DNA from: Lingula anatina
Taxonomy: Eukaryota > Animalia > Brachiopoda
Direction of reading: 5' to 3'
DNA: 64,000 nt
NCBI GenBank assembly: GCA_051362555.1
Contig: CM120642.1
Coordinates: forward strand, 1,736,001 to 1,800,000
Both the position numbers and the translations under genes were made by a program. The notes under the pieces are model-generated. The model was not told the origin of the DNA. It searched no databases and saw only the letters and a list, made by a program, of their open reading frames with translations. This document shows positions 44,801 through 56,918 of the stretch, in pieces. Numbering within the stretch: position 1 is the first letter of the stretch; every line of letters starts with the position of its first letter.

Positions 44801-47800
44801 GAGTATATACAAGTTACAGTTTGACATTTCCTCCCTTGCACACACTGACAGCTCATTTATAGGACTGCACACACTGACAGCTTATTTATAGGACTGCACA
44901 GACTGACAGCTTATTAATAGGACTGCACACAATGACAGCTCATTTATAGGACTGCACACACTGACAGCTTATTTATAGGACTGCACACACTGACAGCTTA
45001 TTTATAGGACTGCACACACTGACAGCTTATTTATAGGACTGCACACATTGACAGCTTATTTATAGGACTGCACACACTGACAGCTTATTTATAGGACTGC
45101 ACACATTGACAGCTCATTTATAGGACTGCACACACTGAGAGCTCATTTATAGGACTGCACACACTGACAGCTCATTTATAGGACTGCACAGACTGACAGC
45201 CCATTTATAGGACTGCACACACTGACAGCTCATTTATAGGACTGCACACACTGACAGCTTATTTATAAGACCAGTTGAAAGGGTTGTACTGTAAACAGCA
45301 TTCTCTCCTACCTCTGTGAGTGCAGAAATAGCACCCATGTGACTCTGATAGGTAACGTCCACCAGGCTTTCCTCCTGACCACTCTGAATGCCGGACAGTG
45401 GCTTTGTCCAGTCTGTGAAGGGCGCTTTACTTATCAAAACCAAAGACTGAAACAGTTTATGCTGAGAATGAATTTCTAACACTGAACAATTATGCAGCAC
45501 CTGATAAATCATGACTGCTTAGGGTTGAATTTAGTAATAAAATATTTAATTACTATAACATGATAAGCATCTAATATATATATACTCAAATTCTCTTAAC
45601 CCATTTCAATTTTTTTCTTGAAAAATGAATAAAAACCGAAAGCACTCTTATAAATTTTACTGAAAAAAAACTGCTCAATGAATGATGTAATGACATATAT
45701 TAACAATGATGGGGTATATCATCTGTAATTAACTGACACATGACAACAAGGAAACAAATTTTAACAATCAGCTATTTGAAATAACAAAACAAAAACTTTA
45801 TATATTATCACATTTGCTCCTATAACAATATGTAACTGAATCAAAATAGCAGCTGCATAAATGTCACCAAATTAAATGTTCATATAAGTAAACAAATCAA
45901 AATGTAAAACAAAGTATGTTAACCTAAAATGCTTTTGAGATTTGAATAAACAATTGAAAAGTTATTGTTAGGTTAACCTCTGAAGAAAGCTCAAAGGTAA
46001 TATACCTCCAAAGAAGATGAGCTATTGTGAAGACATTTGACAAGTACTACATCATCTGAAAAATTTGAAACAAAATGTATGGCAATGTCAATACCTTTCC
46101 CTCTTTATCTCAACAATTTCTACATCTCAATTTTAGATATAGCTAATGCTTAACGTGTACAGCATCCTTTTCACAATTGTCATTAACATACCTTTCACTT
46201 TTTCATCCAATTGTCTTGAACACACTTCGCTGTAGTAAAGATGTGAAGATTCATCAGCAATACAGTGACTCTAAAATGCAAAATATACAAACACCCTTCA
46301 ATACAATAAAAACAAATAATAAAATAAATAATAAATAACAACTTCTAGAACCACTCATCTAAGTCAATTAACAACTTTTAGAACTGATCATCTAAGACCC
46401 CATTCCTACAGATTTTAGATCAATCTATCCCTGTGGGGAGTCTCACTAGATTACTGCAAGCTTAGCCGGCTTAAGCGTCTGTCCCACCTACTAAAAGCTG
46501 TAAGGGGTAATTATCCACCGTGCGTACTCAGCTAACAGCAATTTAGTGTGAACCCCCAGGGAGTTAGGTCGATCTAGTTGGATCGATCTAATCTCTGGGA
46601 ATGGGGTCTTAGTCAATTAACAACTTCTAGAACCACTCATCTAAGTCAATTAACAACTTGTAGAACCACTCATCTAAGTCAATTAACAACTTCTAGAACC
46701 AGTCATCTAAGTCAATTAACAACTTCTAGAACCAGTCATCTAAGTCATTTAACAACTTGTAGAACCAGTCATCTAAGTCAATTAACAACTTCTAGAACCA
46801 GTCATCTAAGTCAATTTACCACTTCTAGAACCACTCATCTAAGTCAATTAACAACTTCTAGAACCAGTCATCTAAGTCAATTAACAACTTCTAGAACCAC
46901 TCATCTTAGTCAATTAACAACTTCTAGAACCAGTCATCTAAGTCATTTAACAACTTGTAGAACCAGTCATCTAAGTCAATTAACAACTTCTAGAACCACT
47001 TATCTACAGAAAGTCAATTAACAACTTCTAGAACCACTCATCCAGGTGAGACTACCTCCAGCTCTGTCCCATTGTCCACTCTGGTATAGGTCAGCTGTGT
47101 GTGGCTGTTGTTAACACTGGTCATCTGGTTACTCACATAGAGACCTCTGTTGGTCAGGATGATCAGGTGGTCATTGGTCAGTACCATGTCATATACAGTA
47201 AGGCCACTGCAGGCTGAAAATTATCAATAAATAAATAAACAAATAAATAAACAAATAAATAATTGCTGCCATTTCAGCACTTTTCTATTTGATGGAGAAG
47301 AAAGGTTTATTTGTGTCCAAGTGCCATACAACAAATTTACTTATACTAGCCATTTTAGTTGAGAATCTTTGAGCAAAATTTGAAATGAAAATAATGAAAA
47401 CATCTTATTAAGGTAATTGTGTACTATATCTTGTTAATTCAATTGTCTCAAGTCTTCCATGTGCAGGTATAAACTGACCACTTCCATCGATACACAGCGC
47501 CTCCGTCATATTGTACCATGTGACACTCTCCACAGTTTTATAGGGGGCAGTGCTGGGCCCCAGAAGAGAACCTAAAAATATATATATACCCCCCCGGTAT
47601 ATCTCAGAAATTTACTGAATTTATACAATTTTTTAATATTTTTATCCGTTTACTTATTGTAAAGTAATAATAAATAATTTTGCAGAAATATTTCTATTAA
47701 GGTTTTTACATTAATACAATATTTACATAACACTCACACATTTTATGACGACCCACCATATTGTGTTTGTAACATGATTAACACATGGTCACTTTCACAT

Positions 47801-48486
47801 GGGGTGTGGACAAGGGTCATCTGTCCAGTCACCAAGTCTCCAGCCACATGGGAGGCCCTGGGTCCCATATCCCAGTGAAATATTGGATCTGAAATAATAG
47901 CAACAACAACAATAATGATAATAATAATAATAATAATGAAGAACTTTTTAAAACTGTGTACAATGTGACGAATAAAAATTCTAGAACATACCTACTAAAA
48001 TCACCAAAAGAACAAAAAGACCACTGGTTTCAGTCACTGTACTCACTCAAACACATTTTTGCACATAATTTTCAATACATTGACCTAAAACTGGAAAAAC
48101 ATCCTTATTTTCTTGTATACATATTTTTTTAAAAAAACTTTTTAATTTTGTCTGCAGAACTTGTGACCATTGTTTCCAATGTCTACTACAAGATTTGTCT
48201 GACCACCTTACATGGTGTAAAATGTAAGTATGCAGACCTTCAGTTTTAGCAAACTTTCAGCCTTGTTTCTTGCTGGTAAACCTTTTCTTTTACCTGTCAA
48301 TGTATCCAAGAGCGTCCCATGGACGGTGAAGAGGTCCAGGTTAGAGTCCAGTTCTATGATAACTGACCACTGCTCTCTGCTGGCCACAACTGGAAATTTT
48401 CAAGCATGTGAAATCATTACTAGTCATGATATTAATAAAAATTATTCACTTATAAGTTTCCAAATTCTATCTTCTTTAGTTTTATG

Positions 48487-48563
<77 letters not shown>

Positions 48564-49647
48564 CCATATAACTGAAAATATAAAAATATATAGATATATA
48601 TTTCTTTCTAGCAGACGACAATTTCTACAGAATATTATAAAACTTTCTCTGTTGACTCAGGTCCCTACCATCATCAGAGATATCTTCTTTTGGAATTGTT
48701 GTCACCCAAGTCATCTCTTCCCAATCCTGGAGAATGAATAATTATGTTTATCATTATAATCAAGCTAGAGAGAAAGAAAAAAAAACAAGACAAAAATTCC
48801 ACTTTCCTCTTAAGGATTATTGAAAAAAAAATACAAAGAACACATCTGTTTCACTACCTTTTTCTGAGCAATCATAAACACATATACGTACTAGCTTATG
48901 GTATAATATATCTCTATCCTGCAAATAACCTGACAAAGATGTAACAATACATCATACTTACCACCTCAGTATCAAACTGAAATGTTTTCCTCCATGTGCT
49001 GTTGCTGAAGGTTATGCTGGGGCGATGGGCCAGAATGTGGTACTTGTAGGTCATCTGTTTGCGACTCTCGGCTGTGTCAAGGAAAGGGTCGTACAGCTGA
49101 CAATGGATTGTCTACAGCAGAAAGGGATTTTTAGTTTTGAAAGAAGTGGAAATTTGTGCAGTATTTCCTCTCTCAAAACTTTCCCTGTGTAGTATACTTT
49201 CTTTCTCTCAAAACTTTCCCCGTGTAGTATCCCCTTTCTCTCAAAACTTTCCCCGTGTAGTATCCCCCCTCTCAAAACTTTCTCTGTGTAGTATCCCCCC
49301 TCTCTCAAATGTAGAAAGATGGATGGCATCATTCCCTGAACCAATGCCACCACTGAAACATTGTTGAGGACAGTATACCTGACTAAAGCAGAGCTCACTA
49401 TTCTATTGAGCCCAGATCTACCATAGCCAGTCCAACACTCCCCCCTCCCAAATGCTGAAAAATGCAGTCTATACTAGCTATACTCTCTACACTGTGGCCA
49501 CCATTAAATCAGGTTGTTGGGGAGAGTACAGTACCTGACTTGACCAGGGATCAAACACAGGGCACCTGTTCACTGTGCCAGTGCTCTATCACTGATATCA
49601 AGCCCAGGACCACTGCAGCCAGTCTGTACACTATTCATCATGGATTC

Positions 49648-49686
<39 letters not shown>

Positions 49687-51054
49687 CTTAGATTTTAAAA
49701 AGTATGATCTCTATAAAACCCTGTATACCTACCAGAGGGCCATCTTTGAGATAAAAAACTAACACAGACTGGGTGATGTCCTCATATCTTGAGCTGCAGT
49801 GAAAGCTGAAAGCTAAAAGAAATGATTTTATTATTTTATTTTTGCAGTCTTGTAATTATATTGTCGTACTATCACAGGTATGGTCAACCCTCCTTTTTTT
49901 AAAAACTGCATAGCCTATTACTTAAAGCAATAATAACTCTTCCTTTGAGATTCAAAATTCCGCAAGAAATACATTCTAAACAACACACGGAAATATATTA
50001 TACTGCATTTTACCACTAAAACGGCTGTTATTGTAGTAAAACTAAAAACTGTGCTTGTCAATAGGGCTTTCGGTGCCTTTCTTCCCGGTAGTCAAGTCAT
50101 TCATTGCCAAGGATTTTGGTGCATCACGCGGATTCTCGCGTGCATTCAAGACCAAAATAACATGTGGCTAGATAAGATATAGCACAATCCTCAGACGTAA
50201 GTTGCGAATTTTTGTACAGTGTGTCGGATAACGAATAGCCCAGAACTGCACACGTTTTGGATATAAATGCATTCTGAGCAATAAGACGATTATATCGTAT
50301 GAATCTTATTTTATCGTAATAAAGTGTTGTTGTTGTCTGCTTTTCCCGCGGTTTTAAGTAAGTCATCAGAAAACCCCGCTTGATATGCTATGTCAGAGAG
50401 AGCTCCGTCAGTTAAAATCTCTTAAGAGATTCTTAAGAGATTTTAACAAAAAACCATGCAAGCGTTTAGGATAAAAACCCTGGACTAACTTTGAATGCAG
50501 GAATGGGGTCCTTGACCATTGGTAAGTACGGGAAAATTGCCGTTTACGCCAGGAAAATCCAATTTTTGGCCAAAACGAAGAGTTATTATGACTTAAACAT
50601 CTTTTAGGTACACAAAGTAGAATCAAAAACCCTTTCTAAGTGGATGGATCGCTTCTTCTTGAACTTATCTGAGAACAATAAAAACTTTGAAAAATAAAAG
50701 GACGATACGTGGTCCTAATAAATATCGAAAAAAAAGTTCATCGTCCCCTGTCGAATCTTGGCAGTCAGCCATCTTGACAGAGTTTAAAGAATGAATGAGT
50801 CGTGGCGCGATTTCTGTTAGGATAACTGGAGGTCGAGTATATGGAATGACGTATCAACCTCTCAACTTAAGTGCAGGTTTTGATCTTTGACATTTTCCAA
50901 ATTTGTGCTGTGATCGTGCATTTATGAATTATAGATTTGTTGGTTCTGAATCATACACAAGGTCATAATTAAGAGCATACTTACGTTCACTGTAATGTTG
51001 CTGCTCGGCCACGGCGAACACAAACCCCAGCAACTGGAATACTATTGCAAACAT
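37416..51054 (-). CDS. CATSPERB: CatSper channel auxiliary subunit beta (about 25 exons)
   Basis: Signal-peptide exon 51054-50985 ([18 protein letters not shown]) is followed by 49812-49733, 49111-48962 and further exons that joined in phase where checked. Diagnostic stretches: [20 protein letters not shown]...[37 protein letters not shown]...SGKYKQCA...ECGCT...FSDCKE, and [23 protein letters not shown] plus a TM helix (exons 38317-38243 and 37622-37416). The exact 3' end is uncertain. Confidence 0.93.
37950..38292 (-). repeat. 68-bp tandem repeat (5 copies) containing a CATSPERB exon end and splice donor
   Basis: cttacctgcaattcagcc... starts at 37966, 38034, 38102, 38170 and 38238. Confidence 0.95.
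39328..39742. repeat. 37-bp minisatellite, about 11 copies, CATSPERB intron
   Basis: gtgagaatacaacattgtgYtgtatagaatgtgttag starts at 39365, 39402, 39439 and onward. Confidence 0.95.
41796..41852. repeat. (GT)n microsatellite
   Basis: Read directly from the sequence. Confidence 0.95.
44837..45268. repeat. 29-bp minisatellite, about 15 copies, CATSPERB intron
   Basis: ggactgcacacactgacagcttatttata starts at 44862, 44891, 44920 and onward. Confidence 0.95.
46338..47042. repeat. 33-bp minisatellite, about 15 copies, interrupted by a MITE
   Basis: Unit caacttctagaaccactcatctaagtcaattaa. Confidence 0.95.
46396..46608. mobile_element. PIF/Harbinger (Tourist-like) MITE
   Basis: TIRs GACCCCATTCC / GGAATGGGGTC, flanked by TAA and TTA inside a minisatellite unit. 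Confidence 0.75.
48490..48561. repeat. (AT)n microsatellite
   Basis: Read directly from the sequence. Confidence 0.95.
49168..49308. repeat. About 33-bp minisatellite, about 4 copies
   Basis: The unit ctctcaaaactttccccgtgtagtat is repeated. Confidence 0.85.
49440..49620 (-). mobile_element. Degenerate tRNA-derived SINE-like sequence
   Basis: The minus strand reads ...tatcagtgatagagcactggc...gtgtttgatccctggtc, resembling decayed A and B boxes. Confidence 0.35.
49926..50593. mobile_element. Kolobok-type non-autonomous element in CATSPERB intron 1
   Basis: TIRs AGCAATAATAACTCTTC / AGTCATAATAACTCTTC with TTAA on the left flank. Its right portion is shared with 60110-60283. Confidence 0.65.
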
Positions 51055-51329
51055 CGTACCGCCACGGGCAGACAACTTTATGGTTTATAAATCTCCTTTA
51101 GGCAAAGAGTGCCGCTCTTCAAGAGAAGCTTGCATAAAAATTTGCATTTTATTTATTACGTATATTACGCTAAGTTAATTTAGACTTACTACGAACAGAC
51201 ATGCATTAGCGTTTTCTGATAAGTTTTTGCATTGACTTTTTATGTTACCCACCTCAACAGGGAGAGAACTTGGGTGCGAAATGCGGAATATCCCGTTAGA
51301 GGGCACCTGCCGCAAGGCGGCTCGTTGGA

Positions 51330-53490
51330 TTCTTTATTGATACACCTTTACAAATAAGGTACAATCAAAGACAAAGACAGTTACATCTAACTACAACAGT
51401 ACAAACAGGTATATAAATAAATATACATGATTTCAATGTTTACATGTAGCATAATATCAATAAGTTACTTTATAATAAGTTATATAAGGAATGTATGATG
51501 GCAATCTATACATGAAGGTGATGAATTAGAATGAGTACATTGGAGAGAGTACAATGCATTAATAGAGGGCCTGTTCTCTTTGTTTTAAGCATCTATTTAC
51601 AAAACACATAACCATTCTAAGAATGTCTATGTCTTGGGCACCCATAAGAAGATTAAACAGTTTATTATTGCTGAGGTCGCCCAGGGGTAGGAAATCTGAC
51701 AGCTGCCCTCTGAAGGAATCACGTAGTGAGTCATACGCTTTACACTCTAGCAGGAGGTGGAACTCATCTTCTACTTTATTGGAATCACAAAGTTTGCACA
51801 ATCTTAACTCTGCGGGGATTTTTGGCTTGCAGTACCTGCCCCGTTCAATAGAGAGGTTGTGGGCGCTCACACGTAATTCGCAGAAGTTAGCCGTAATATT
51901 TTTTGGGGCCATGTGGGTGTAATTTTCACACACAAATTCCTTCTTAAATTTAACATAGGTTCTTAGTTTATTATCACTGCCCGTTTTGCTCATCAATGTG
52001 GCCCACTGGTCCTGATATACAGAGTGCAGAGACTTTTTGGTCAAGGTCTGAGCTATCTTACCAGATACTGAGACTGGATTAGACCATAAATTCCCCAGGT
52101 TGTTCATGTTAAGTACAGTTTTTATACCAGAGGACCATGTAAACACACCGGATGAGGATAGGGATCTGTTCTCAATCAGAGCATCGGTGACTAAGGTAGA
52201 CTGACCATTGTATATGGTTTTGTACAGGTGGCACCAATATTTGATGGACAGTGACAGTAATTGGATGAGAATGGGGAAGCTGCCTAGCTCACCACGTGCG
52301 GCATGATTAGTAGAGTTTTTGTTAATCCCTAGTATGGTTTTACAGGTTTTTAGGTGGACGAGTTCAGCAGGGGGCTTTTCGCATATATTTAAAAACTTTT
52401 CAATGGTCAAATTACGTAGTAGGTAAGGGGCCCAAATTTCGCACCCATAGCTAAGGATTGGAAGTAGGAGTGATTTGAATAACTTTAAGGCAATTTTTGT
52501 GGGCGCTGAAAATAGCTGATTTCTTAATTTGAAAAATACTTTGAGTGCTTTATTTTTTACATCCTCCATGGCCTTGGTAAATTTGCCGGATGGAGTGAAG
52601 GTCAGGCCGAGGTAACAATTATTCGGAGGTGTTTTCTACTGGATTTGTGCCTAACATAAATTGGTTGGTTTTTAGGAGATGGCCAGCCTTATTAAATATC
52701 ATGATTTTGGTTTTTGCTATATTGATGATAAGTTTCCATTTGGTGCAGTAATTGTGGAGTAGGTTTAGAGAGTGTTGAAGTCCTTGGGCACTTTGTGAGA
52801 TGAGTACCAGGTCATCAGCATACATGAGGCAGCTTACAGGTTTGTTATTTAAATAGGCAGGGTCGTTTTCTTTATTAACATCGAAAATATTAGGTAGGTC
52901 GCTTAGGAAGAGATTGAAAAGGGAGGGACTTAATACACAGCCTTGTTTCACGCCTACCGTGGAATTTATGGGTTTGGTTAGTTTGTTGTTGCAGATAATA
53001 GAGAATTGAGTAGAGCTGTACATGCTATGGATTATATTTATAAATTTAGAACTAAAATTGGAAAGGATGAGTTTGTGGAGTAGGGCATTTCTCCAGACCG
53101 TGTCAAATGCTGAAGAGAAGTCAACAAAACAAACATAAAATTTGGATTTGGAGGCCTTGTTTATGTATTTTTCTATGAGGGTCTTTAAAGTTAGTAGATG
53201 GTCACTGGTACGGGCGCCTTTTGTAAAGCCAATTTGGTTTTCAGGTATAATGCAGTTCTTATAAATAAATTTGTTGATCCTACTGTTAAGAATTTGACAA
53301 AAAAGTTAACAAACATTACTTGAGATAGCAATGCCTCTATAGTTTTTGGGGTCTGTCCTATCTCCCTTTTTGTGGAGCATTGTTAGGGTACTAAGCCGCC
53401 AAGCTTCTGGGAAACAACCGCTTATGTATATGGCATTGAAAACTTTACATAAAACTGGAGCCAAGTAGTCTATTCCCTCTCTGAGTTGGT
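51330..53490 (-). mobile_element. 5'-truncated, decayed LINE (L2/CR1 group), ORF2 remnant
   Basis: RT motifs GVKQGCVLSPSLFN and YADD, followed by C-terminal RGELG and HNLSIERGRY...CKLC...EDEFHLLLEC. There is an in-frame stop at 52619, and the 3' UTR ends with AATAAA near 51333. Confidence 0.9.
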
Positions 53491-53808
53491 CTAGAACGAG
53501 ACCAGCGAGGGATGGATTAACCAGTATAGCAATCTCAATATTAATATCCCGAAATACTCAAAAAGGCGACGCCGAGAAAGGAACAAAGAACAATAAAGGG
53601 ATAGAATTATCTTCGCAATACCCTGTGTACGACATAGTAAGTCAGTATAATATTGAGGGCACCTGCTTCGGGGCGGATCTACGTGTAAAACCTTTTCTTC
53701 CAATGGTTCTTCAAATTATTAGAAAAGATATTTCAAGCCTGGATGTAAGTCCTATTCAAAGCGGTCCTACTATTATCTCGTAGCGAAGTGTATACCACCG
53801 GTGTAACT

Positions 53809-55467
53809 ATGGCTGACTGCAATTGTGTAGAGAAAGGACAGCACAAAGGAAAAGGAAATCGGTTTAATTTTAAAAAGAAAATTTTCAGTGGTGGATCATC
53901 TCAAGCAACCAAAAAACAATGGCTGGGGAGAAATATGAATACTGGGGAGAAATCTAACACGTGTAGATTTTGTGGCAAAACATTTAAACAGAAACGCTCT
54001 TGTGCTATTCATGAAAAAATTCATGCAGGAAATAAACTTAACAAATGTAGATTCTGTGGCAAATGTTTTACACTTAAAGGTAATTGCACTAAGCATGAAA
54101 AAATCCATACAGGAAAGAAACCTTACAAGTGTAGGTTCTGCGACAAATATTTTATAGAACAAAGTGATTGCACCAGGCATGAAAGAATTCACACAGGAGA
54201 GAAACTTTACAAATGTAGGATCTGTAACAAATGTTTTACAGATCAAGGTTATTGCAAAATACATGAAAGAATTCACACTGGAGAGAAACCTTACAAATGT
54301 AGGGTCTGTGACAAATATTTTACATATCAAAGTAGTTGGACCAGGCATGAAAGAATTCACACAGTAAATAAACCTTACAAGTGTAAGTTCTGCGACAAAC
54401 ATTTTACAGAACAAGGAAGGTGCACCAAGCATGAAAGAATTCATACTGGAGAGAAACCTTACAAATGTAGGTTCTGTGACAAATATTTTGCACATCGGAG
54501 TAAATGCAAAAGTCATGAAAAAATTCACGAAGGAGAGAAATGTTTCAAATGTAGATTCTGTGACAAATATTTTACAGAAACGTCTCATTGCACCACTCAT
54601 GAAAGAATTCACACTGGAGAGAAACCATATAAGTGTAGATTTTGTGACAAATCTTTTACCCAAACGTCTCATTGCACCACTCATGAAAGAACTCACACAG
54701 TGGAGAAACCTTACAAGTGCAAATACTGTGATAAATCTTTTACCGAAACATCTCATCGCATCAGTCATGAAAGAATTCACACTGGAGAGAAACCTTACAA
54801 GTGTAGATTCTGTGACAAATCTTTTGCAGTACAAAGTAACTGCGCCAATCATGAAAGAATTCACACTGGAGAGAAACCTTACAAGTGTAGATTCTGTAAC
54901 AAATCTTTTGCAGTACAAAGTAACTGCGCCAATCATGAAAGAATTCACACTGGAGAGAAACCTTACAAGTGTAGATTCTGTGACAAATCTTTTGCAGTAC
55001 AAAATAACCGCACCAATCATGAAAGAATTCACACTGGAGAGAAACCTTACAAGTGTAGATTCTGTAACAAATCTTTTGCAGTACAAAGTAACTGCGCCAA
55101 TCATGAAAGAATTCACACTGGAGAGAAACCTTACAAGTGTAGATTCTGTGACAAATCTTTTGCAGTACAAAATAACCGCACCAATCATGAAAGAATTCAC
55201 ACAGGAGAGAAACCTTACAAGTGTAGATTCTGTGACAAATCTTTTGCAGTACAAAATAACCGCACCAATCATGAAAGAATTCACACAGGAGAGAAACCTT
55301 ACAAGTGTAGATTCTGTGACAAATCTTTTGCAGTACAAAATAACCGCACCAATCATGAAAGAATTCACACAGTAGAGAAACCTTACAAGTGTAGATTCTG
55401 TAACAAATATTTTAGAAGAATACATCATTGCACCTCTCATGAAAGAATTCACACGAGAAAATCTTAA
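53809..55467 (+). CDS. C2H2 zinc-finger protein with 18 tandem fingers (single coding exon)
   Basis: 18 copies of CxxCxKxF...HExxH joined by TGEKPYK linkers. ATG at 53809 follows an acceptor-like tcgtag at 53783. Degenerate finger remnants continue at about 55480-55700. Confidence 0.92.
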   Translation: MADCNCVEKGQHKGKGNRFNFKKKIFSGGSSQATKKQWLGRNMNTGEKSNTCRFCGKTFKQKRSCAIHEKIHAGNKLNKCRFCGKCFTLKGNCTKHEKIHTGKKPYKCRFCDKYFIEQSDCTRHERIHTGEKLYKCRICNKCFTDQGYCKIHERIHTGEKPYKCRVCDKYFTYQSSWTRHERIHTVNKPYKCKFCDKHFTEQGRCTKHERIHTGEKPYKCRFCDKYFAHRSKCKSHEKIHEGEKCFKCRFCDKYFTETSHCTTHERIHTGEKPYKCRFCDKSFTQTSHCTTHERTHTVEKPYKCKYCDKSFTETSHRISHERIHTGEKPYKCRFCDKSFAVQSNCANHERIHTGEKPYKCRFCNKSFAVQSNCANHERIHTGEKPYKCRFCDKSFAVQNNRTNHERIHTGEKPYKCRFCNKSFAVQSNCANHERIHTGEKPYKCRFCDKSFAVQNNRTNHERIHTGEKPYKCRFCDKSFAVQNNRTNHERIHTGEKPYKCRFCDKSFAVQNNRTNHERIHTVEKPYKCRFCNKYFRRIHHCTSHERIHTRKS

Positions 55468-56918
55468 TAATTCTTGTTCTCAACATGAAAGAATCCTTAC
55501 AAGTACTGCGACAAATTTCCTTGGTCACACATGAAATATTGAAATGATTCAGTAGAAATTTGTCTGCTTTTTTATGAGAGAATTCGCATGGAGGAGAAAC
55601 CTTTCTAGTACAAGTTCAGGTTCTGTGAGCAAACTTTTAAACAAAACTTTTTGTACATATGAAGTAATTTGCTCTGGAAAGAAACCTTACAAGTTCAAGT
55701 ACAGCTGTCAATGATTAATTTTATCATTGAATATTTTAAGATTATGTGTAATGTAAGTCCAGCTCAAATTCAAAGTCCATTCACCCAACTTTTCCTTAAT
55801 TGAGAGAGAGGGTAACACATACCACTGCTGTCATGCAGTGTTCTATTCATTTCAATATCTTTTAATACAAAACTGTTTAGTAATAAGTTTAGCAATAAGC
55901 AATACTATTTCAGTCATTCTTTGCTAGTGGTGCACTGCGGGGGGACCATAACAAGAATGTAATTTAAATTTAGATAGCCGACCAAATTCTCATGACATCG
56001 TTGTGTATGTTTCAATAACAAATCAAAGAAGCTACATGAGCAAGGAGGATGTTGTTATAAAAGCAAAAAAAGAGAAAAAGCAGAAAATATATCGAAATTA
56101 CCCTCAAAATGGCGTCCTTTTTTGTGGAATTTCGACCCTACCTCTATTTAGGAACAGTTTGTTTAGGGTTTGAATGAATTATTGAAGCAGGGAATACACC
56201 TACTGCAAGAAGATATAATAAACAGAATGTGCAAATGGTTATTTAAATAAAAATTTATTTGAAGTCACTGAAAAATGATCACAAAATTAGCTTAACTTAC
56301 GATACATGCGGTGTCCCACCCCGATGAAAATTTCATCTAATCCTATCTTTCCGTATTAAAACTGTTAAATCGTCCAAAGTAGTATGTCGGTTAGTTTGTG
56401 TCACGAAATCCATGATAATATCAGTTTTCTTAAGAATTTCACATTTATTGCTCAGCAAGGTCGATTTTTCTTCACCGCGTCCCAATATAACGTTCGCAAC
56501 GCTGAAACTTCAGAGATCGATTCTTATCAGACGACTTTAAAATGCCGCGTGAAAATTATACATCGATAGCGATCTTCTTCCATACTCACTAACTGATGAC
56601 GTCTTACACACGAATGGCTTCTTTTGCACACTAAAAAAACCAGCTCAAACTGGCGGGTGGCCCATTCTGATAACACGTCATGCAATGACGCTGTCGAGAT
56701 AGGATGCAGGGCACAGGTGTAATTCCCTCGATTTAACCGTCACAGGATTTTTTATTGGGATCTTCTTTGTATGAAGGTGAGAAATAATGAGTTTCGTTTC
56801 ATTTTTCTTCAATTGTTTCAACATATTTGTGTACCGATTGATTTTTACCATTCTATAAGTAGGGTGACTTCGTCTGAACTTTCGTTTTGCGTCTGTGTCA
56901 CATGGGGGACTAAAGGTC

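Noticed and set aside
46578-47021. 147-aa repeat protein ([11 protein letters not shown])n
   Set aside because: It is a stop-free frame of an intronic 33-bp minisatellite, starting inside a MITE, on the strand opposite CATSPERB.
39328-47042. 29-37-bp repeat arrays resembling CRISPR repeats
   Set aside because: Units are head-to-tail with no unique spacers, there are no cas genes, and the context is eukaryotic introns.
50010-50125. Hydrophobic stretch as a possible CATSPERB signal-peptide exon
   Set aside because: It has in-frame stops, the wrong phase, and lies inside a Kolobok-type element. The exon at 51054-50985 fits properly.
53896-55452. 518-aa antisense ORF and 314-aa alternate-frame ORF over the zinc-finger gene
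   Set aside because: These are shadow ORFs expected from an 84-bp coding repeat; they show no independent domain signal.
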